Below are positions 57,627 to 64,000 of a stretch of DNA of 64,000 nt, one piece after another. The translations under genes were made by a program, and so were the position numbers. The notes beneath the pieces were generated by a model, which searched no databases, was not told the DNA's origin, and was given only the letters and a program-made list of their open reading frames with translations. Source of the stretch: Planctomycetota bacterium (lineage in GTDB: Bacteria > Planctomycetota > GCA-002687715 > CAIWVZ01); the NCBI GenBank assembly GCA_044222185.1, contig JBGANV010000001.1, positions 1,920,001 to 1,984,000 of the forward strand, written 5' to 3'. Within the stretch, counting starts at the first letter, position 1, and each line of letters opens with the position of its first letter.

Positions 57627-59006
57627 ATGTCCGCCGCGCTCGACTTCCTCCGCAGCTTCACCGACTACGAACAGAAGCAGCCCCCGGCCAACAGCCGCTC
57701 GGCCTTCGACCTGGGTCGCATGCGGCGGTTTCTCGCTCGCCTCGGGAACCCGCATGCGGGGCGTCCCTGCGTCCACATCACGGGAACGAAGGGCAAGGGG
57801 TCGGTCACCCACTTCACGGACGCGGTCTTGCGAGCTCACGGCCTGCGGACGTTCCGGTTCCTGTCCCCGCACGTCGAGCGCCTGAACGAAAGGGTCGCCA
57901 TCGACGGCGCCGACGTCTCGGACGGCGAACTCGATGATCTCGTGGAGGAACTCCGCCCACACGTGGAGGCGCTCCTGCGATCGATGCCGGACGACGTGCC
58001 CACGTTCTTCGAGTCCATGACGGCGATCGGCTTCCTGGCGGCGCGTCGTGCCGCCGTCGACGCCGACGTGCTGGAGGTCGGCCTGGGCGGGCGCCTCGAC
58101 GCCACCAACGTCGTCGATCCGACCGTGAGCGTCGTCACGAGCATCGACCTCGACCACACGAAGATCCTGGGCACGACTCACGACGCCATCGCGCGCGAAA
58201 AGGCGGGCATCATCAAGGCCGGCAGGTACGTCCTGCTGGGACTCACGCCGGACGAACCCGGGTTCGGGCCCCTCGCCGCGGCGGCGCGCGCGGCGAACGC
58301 CCCTGCCCATTGGTTCGGGAACGGGTTCGACGTCCTCGCATCTCGCCTGACCCGCGGCCCCCTGGGTTGCCCCGGAGTTGCATTCACGGGGCGGACACCG
58401 ACCCGGTCGTACGGCGAGCTCTTCCTCGGGGGGGGCGGCGTTCATCAGGCCCGCAACGCGCTCCTGGCGCTCGCCGCGGCCGAGACCGTCGTGCAGACGT
58501 GCGGGCGGACGTTCACGCCGGAGCGCGCGACGGCCGCTCTCGAAGCCGTTCGCCTACCCGCCCGCGCCGAGCTGTTCGAGTGTCCGGGCCGAGCCGCCGT
58601 GTTGCTCGACGGCGCGCATACGGCGAGAAGCTGCGCCGCCGTGGCGGACCTCGTCGGAGCGACACTGTCCCAACGGCCCGTGATACTCCTCGGGGCACAC
58701 ACGGAGGACCGCGATCCGGCGTCGCTGTTCGCACCTCTTCGCCCCATGGCCGATCGCGCCGTCTTCACTCGGGCGCCTTCCCCGCGCTCGGCGGAACCGT
58801 CGGCGGCTGCCGGGGTCTGGAACCAGCTGGGGGGGACGGCAGATCCCATCCCAGACCCCAGGGCCGCTTTCTCCCGGGCGCTCGCGCTCGCGACTCCGCA
58901 CGGGCTCGTCGTCGTGACGGGGTCGTTCTACCTCGCGGGCGCCATCCGCGCGCTCATGCGCGGGACGATCACGGACGGCCCGGACGCGACAACCCCATTG
59001 GTATGA
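57627..59006 (+). CDS. folC: Folylpolyglutamate/dihydrofolate synthase
   Basis: HITGTKGKGS, SPH, TFFE, EVGLGGRLDATN, DHT, DGAH and TGSFY motifs. Confidence 0.95.
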   Translation: MSAALDFLRSFTDYEQKQPPANSRSAFDLGRMRRFLARLGNPHAGRPCVHITGTKGKGSVTHFTDAVLRAHGLRTFRFLSPHVERLNERVAIDGADVSDGELDDLVEELRPHVEALLRSMPDDVPTFFESMTAIGFLAARRAAVDADVLEVGLGGRLDATNVVDPTVSVVTSIDLDHTKILGTTHDAIAREKAGIIKAGRYVLLGLTPDEPGFGPLAAAARAANAPAHWFGNGFDVLASRLTRGPLGCPGVAFTGRTPTRSYGELFLGGGGVHQARNALLALAAAETVVQTCGRTFTPERATAALEAVRLPARAELFECPGRAAVLLDGAHTARSCAAVADLVGATLSQRPVILLGAHTEDRDPASLFAPLRPMADRAVFTRAPSPRSAEPSAAAGVWNQLGGTADPIPDPRAAFSRALALATPHGLVVVTGSFYLAGAIRALMRGTITDGPDATTPLV

Positions 59007-59030
59007 TCGTCGCTCACGCAGCCGTCCGGC

Positions 59031-59556
59031 ATGACAGCACACCCGCTCCGCAACCACCTCCTCGCCACTCACTCCACGCTCGTCCACGGGCTCGTCTCCC
59101 CCATGGTCGGTCGGCTCGGTGATCATCTCCGAACCTACAGCCGGCCCTACCTCACCGTCGAGGACGCCCAGGTCCACGACCTGGAACAGGGCACGATCAC
59201 CCGGGTCCCCTCGATGATGCTGCAACTGGAGGTCGTACTCTGGGCACACGAGTTCGTCGCGCTCGCGGGCGACGAACATCGCCGAAAGATCACTCAGCCG
59301 GAGGAACGCGGCCCCGTCCGCGTGCGGTTCGCCGATCCCCGCGGCCTGGAGTGCACGGGGCTCGTGGCCAACACGGTGCTCTCGAACATGTCCCGGTTCT
59401 TCGTCCTCCTGGACCCCGTGACCGGGGCTGCGGGCCCCCTCGCCGAAAAGCACGCCGACGCCATGCGAGGGCTTCACTACGTCCTGATCAATCGCGCCGC
59501 CCCCATGATCCTCGAGCTGTCGGCGCGCGAGCCCGTCGCCGAGAAGGAAGAAGCCG

Positions 59557-59564
<8 letters not shown>
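59031..59564 (+). CDS. Hypothetical protein (DUF6812-like, possibly two tandem beta-rich units)
   Basis: RLGDHL...YLTVEDAQV and ..FFVLLDP..YVLINR halves; overlaps the moxR start. Confidence 0.55.
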
Positions 59565-60549
<985 letters not shown>

Positions 60550-60666
60550 TGCCGGGAGCCTTCGGCTTCGCTTCCGGGCGAGCCCTCACGTACAATCCCG
60601 GCCTCTCACCCAAACCGCGCACGCCCGGACAAGTCCCGGCCCCTCACACCCGGAATGACAACTCGG

Positions 60667-61824
60667 ATGAACCTCGGCAAATGCGTGTCGTTCACGACAC
60701 AGCGGCGTGCGACGGCGTTCGTCGGCCTCGCCCTGATCCTCACCCTCTTCGCGAGCAGTGTCGGCGCCCAGGACCCGGCGAATCGCCGCTGTTACGAGTG
60801 TAAAGGCGCGGGGGTGCTTCCATGCACCAACAAGGCGTGCAAGCCGGACAAGTGCGGGCTGAAGATGCCCCACGATTGCTCGCAGATCTACTCGCTCACG
60901 TGCTGCCGCGGGACCCAGAAGGTGCTCTGCCCCAAGTGCAAGGACCCCGTGGCCGAGGCCGAGCTGAACTCGGAGCTCGACCGCCGCAAGGGCTGGCTCG
61001 ACCGCATGCGCGAGTTCGACACCAAGGTCGTCCCGGCGGCGCACGTGGAGACGATCCATTGGATCATGCACGACACGATCCCGACCTGGCGGGTCGGCGA
61101 CCAGACGCTCACCCGCGACCGCATGGCGCACCTCTTCATCGAGCGTATCGAGATCGCGACAGTGCGGTTCCAACAGGTCACGGGCGTCCTTCCGGTGAAC
61201 AAGCAGACGGCGATCCTGGTGGTCAGCTCCCAGGAGAACATGAAGGCCACCATCACGCAGGCCGGCGTCGGGCAGAAGATGCCCTACAAGCTGCTCTCGC
61301 ATCAGGGGCTGTTCACCACGTACCCGCACGAGGACTTCCTGAAGGACGAGAACTTCCACCCCCACGTGATCCACAACGCGACGCACCTCCTCACCCACGC
61401 CTGCATCACGCAGCCGCCTGACCTGTGCCCGTGGTTTCACGAGGCGATGTCCCACTGGATCGAGATCGACCTGTTCGGACGCCAGACGACCTTCTGCAGC
61501 CAGGAAGTGAAGAACAAGAAGGACGCCTGGGAGCTGTCCAACTGGAAGAAGAACATCTACGAAGAGGTCTGCGGCACGAAGGACGAGGCCCTCGCAGCGA
61601 TCATGACGCGTGACACCGACAAGCTCTCGTCGCGCGACAAGGCCCACGGCTGGTCGTTCCTCGAGTTCATGATCAGGACGCGCCCCGAAGAGTTCAAAAA
61701 GTTCTACGCTGCGCTGAAGAACACGAACGACACCAAGAAGGCCATGCAGACGGGGCTCGGTCTCTCGACCGCGGCATTCCAGGAGAAGTGGCGTGAATAC
61801 GTGCGCAAGACCTATGCACCGTGA
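60667..61824 (+). CDS. Exported protein with Cys-rich N-domain and gluzincin-like domain (HNATH variant); start uncertain
   Basis: Signal peptide ..LFASSVGA/Q; CYECKGAG..CC..CPKC; HNATHLLTH...PWFHEAMSHWIE. Confidence 0.7.
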   Translation: MNLGKCVSFTTQRRATAFVGLALILTLFASSVGAQDPANRRCYECKGAGVLPCTNKACKPDKCGLKMPHDCSQIYSLTCCRGTQKVLCPKCKDPVAEAELNSELDRRKGWLDRMREFDTKVVPAAHVETIHWIMHDTIPTWRVGDQTLTRDRMAHLFIERIEIATVRFQQVTGVLPVNKQTAILVVSSQENMKATITQAGVGQKMPYKLLSHQGLFTTYPHEDFLKDENFHPHVIHNATHLLTHACITQPPDLCPWFHEAMSHWIEIDLFGRQTTFCSQEVKNKKDAWELSNWKKNIYEEVCGTKDEALAAIMTRDTDKLSSRDKAHGWSFLEFMIRTRPEEFKKFYAALKNTNDTKKAMQTGLGLSTAAFQEKWREYVRKTYAP

Positions 61825-63430
61825 GTTGATCCTCGCCGCGATCGGCCTGGCCCTTCTCCTCCCCGGGTCCCCCGCGTTCGCGCAGAAGGCGACCAAGGAC
61901 CCGCTCCCGCCCGAAGTCCAGGAGCGCCTGAAGGAATTCAAGAAGTTCGTCGGCAACCCCGAGCCTCGCGTGCGCTCCGAGCAGATGGAGCGACTCTCGG
62001 CCGTCGATTTCGTCGAGGGCGTCGACCTCCTGAAGCAGTACGGCCTGAAGGACGATTCGCGGATGGTGCAGGATCGCGCCATCTACGCGTTGTCGTGCCT
62101 GTCCAAGCCCGAGGCCGTCGCAGCCATCGTGGCCGGGTTGAAGGATGGCAACGACGCGATCCGTGCCGGGTGCGTCATGGCTCTCGCCAAGAGCAAGTCG
62201 CGACCCGATACGGCGCTTCCCGACATGTACGCGCTGGCCGCCGATCCTCGCGAGGACGTGAAGGTGGCCGCGTGCGAGGCGTTGGGCTTCGTCGGTCGGA
62301 AGGAAGCGACGCCGGCAATCCTCACTTGCTGCACGTCGGGCAACGAGCGCGTGGCGGTCGCCGCAGCGGACTCGTTGAGCCTCATCAAGGACCCGGCCGC
62401 CGCGCCGACCCTCATCGGCATGCTCAACACGGGTACGTGGCGCACGCAGGTTGCCGCGGTGAACGCGCTCGGACAGATCCGCGTCAAGGAATCGGTCGGC
62501 CCGCTCATCAAGTACCTGACGGAGGCCGAAGGTCGGCCCCGCGAAGACGCCAAGCGCGCTCTGGAGCTCATCACCACGCAAGAGTTCGGAATGAACACCT
62601 TCGCGTGGAACCAGTGGTGGAAGGGCGTCGAATCGAGCTGGACGGTCCCGCCGCCCGCGGTGAAGAAGGGCGCCGGGAAAGAGGAGCCCGACAACACGAA
62701 GGGCGACGCGTACGGACGGAAGCCGACGGGCTACCACCACATCAAGACCTACAGCCAGAAGTTGCTCTTCGTGATCGACGTGTCGTCGTCCATGCTGGAC
62801 CCGATCCGCGTCAAGCGCGGCGTCGACAAGAATGCCGTCGGCACGAAGACGAGTCGCAAGATCGACATCGCCCGCGAGGAGCTGGCCGCAACGCTGCGTA
62901 CCCTCGACGAGCAGACGAAGTTCAACGTCATCGCGTTCGAAACCGACGTCCGCTACTTCCGCAAGGAAGCCGTTTCGGCGACGAAGGCCACCATCGAGGA
63001 AGCGGTCCAGTGGGTCCAGAAGCAGGAACCACGATCGGCGGGCAGCAGCGGCGGCTTCAAGACGTCGTCCGGGACGGACGAGAACGGCTGGCTCATGGGC
63101 CGGACCAACACCTATGCGGCCCTGAAGGCCGCGTTCGGCCTCCCGATCAAGCCCGGCAAGCGCGGCATGACCGGCGGCACGACGGGCGGCGGGAACCCAC
63201 CCAAGGTCACGAAGCCGGCAACGGATACAGTGTTCTTCCTCACGGACGGTGAACCGACCGAGGGTGAGACGACGAACATCGACGAGATTCTCGAAGACGT
63301 ACGGTCATGGAACAAGTCGGGGCGCATGGTCATCAACACGATCGGGATGAGCGAGACCAACGCACTTCGCAAGCTCCTCGACGGTCTCGCCGAGGTCACG
63401 AACGGCAAGACCGTGTACCTGGGCGAGTGA
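61814..63430 (+). CDS. Exported HEAT-repeat plus vWA (MIDAS) protein
   Basis: Signal peptide ..PGSPAFA/Q; HEAT repeats; FVIDVSSSM, TNT and FFLTDG motifs. Confidence 0.85.
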   Translation: MHRELILAAIGLALLLPGSPAFAQKATKDPLPPEVQERLKEFKKFVGNPEPRVRSEQMERLSAVDFVEGVDLLKQYGLKDDSRMVQDRAIYALSCLSKPEAVAAIVAGLKDGNDAIRAGCVMALAKSKSRPDTALPDMYALAADPREDVKVAACEALGFVGRKEATPAILTCCTSGNERVAVAAADSLSLIKDPAAAPTLIGMLNTGTWRTQVAAVNALGQIRVKESVGPLIKYLTEAEGRPREDAKRALELITTQEFGMNTFAWNQWWKGVESSWTVPPPAVKKGAGKEEPDNTKGDAYGRKPTGYHHIKTYSQKLLFVIDVSSSMLDPIRVKRGVDKNAVGTKTSRKIDIAREELAATLRTLDEQTKFNVIAFETDVRYFRKEAVSATKATIEEAVQWVQKQEPRSAGSSGGFKTSSGTDENGWLMGRTNTYAALKAAFGLPIKPGKRGMTGGTTGGGNPPKVTKPATDTVFFLTDGEPTEGETTNIDEILEDVRSWNKSGRMVINTIGMSETNALRKLLDGLAEVTNGKTVYLGE

Positions 63431-64000
63431 TCCTGCTGCGGTGGGCCGCGCGGCTCGCCGTGGTGCTCTCCGTCGCCGGCTGCGGCGACGGCTCCCCTTC
63501 CGCTGCGCCACCGCCCGGCGCGCCGTCGGACGCAGGCATTGGCCGGATGTCGTTCACGGACGTCACGCCGGCCTCGGGTCTCACGCTGAGGAACGTCAAC
63601 GGGGACGTCACGGCGAAGCCGACGATCCTGGAAAGCCTCGGTCAGGGCGCTGCGGCGTTCGATTTCGACGGGGACGGTCTTCTCGACCTCTTCGTCTGCA
63701 ACGGCGACACGTTTCACGACCAGCCCGCGGGTGCAACACCGCGGTGCGCGCTGTATCGCCAGGATCGTCCGTGGCACTTCACCGACGTCTCCGAGTCTGC
63801 CCACGTCGAGCTGCGAGGCTGGTATCAGGGCGCCTGGGCCGCGGACTATGACGGTGACGGCCGGACGGACCTGTTTCTGACGGCGTTCGGCACCTCGAAG
63901 CTTCTGCGGAACAAGGGAGACGGCACGTTCGAGGACGTCACGGATCGCACGGGCACCGGGTTGAAGGGCTGGTCGAGTGGCGCCGCCTTCTTCGACGCGG
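63427..64000 (+). CDS. CRTAC1/ASPIC-UnbV-type FG-GAP repeat lipoprotein (3' end outside the window)
   Basis: GTGA overlap; lipobox VAGC; FTDVT..SG, DFDGDGLLDLFV, DYDGDGRTDLF and NKGDGTFEDVT motifs. Confidence 0.85.
   Translation, partial: MILLRWAARLAVVLSVAGCGDGSPSAAPPPGAPSDAGIGRMSFTDVTPASGLTLRNVNGDVTAKPTILESLGQGAAAFDFDGDGLLDLFVCNGDTFHDQPAGATPRCALYRQDRPWHFTDVSESAHVELRGWYQGAWAADYDGDGRTDLFLTAFGTSKLLRNKGDGTFEDVTDRTGTGLKGWSSGAAFFDA

Overview
High-GC bacterial chromosomal segment, most likely from a deep-branching Planctomycetota (inferred from mcsA-mcsB-clpC without ctsR, YdjY-like, HEAT/vWA, PEGA, DUF6677-like and CRTAC1/FG-GAP proteins). It is mostly housekeeping: nnrD, asparaginase II, two tRNA-Ser, mcsAB-clpC, queA, ligA, thiE, groESL, tpiA-secG-pyrE-yicC-gmk-rpoZ-coaC-coaB-dut-ftsK, rimO-pgsA-pgpA, priA, dprA, two flagellins, aroB and folC. 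It also carries a MacAB-type and a CzcCBA-type efflux system. No mobile element, CRISPR array or rRNA was seen. Best candidates for new biology: (1) a motor-less FtsK paralogue (TM domain, huge acidic linker, altered gamma winged helix) coupled to canonical ftsK; (2) a MoxR / Cys-rich pseudo-gluzincin (HNATH) / exported HEAT-vWA / FG-GAP lipoprotein cluster; (3) matching sigma54-like promoters and a shared 13-bp palindrome in front of both the clpC operon and groESL; (4) a recurrent (E/A)SR(P/S) motif in exported proteins; (5) a degenerate PP2C sensor; (6) a putative metal-sensing leader ORF before czcCBA. All calls are by eye from motifs; no searches were run.
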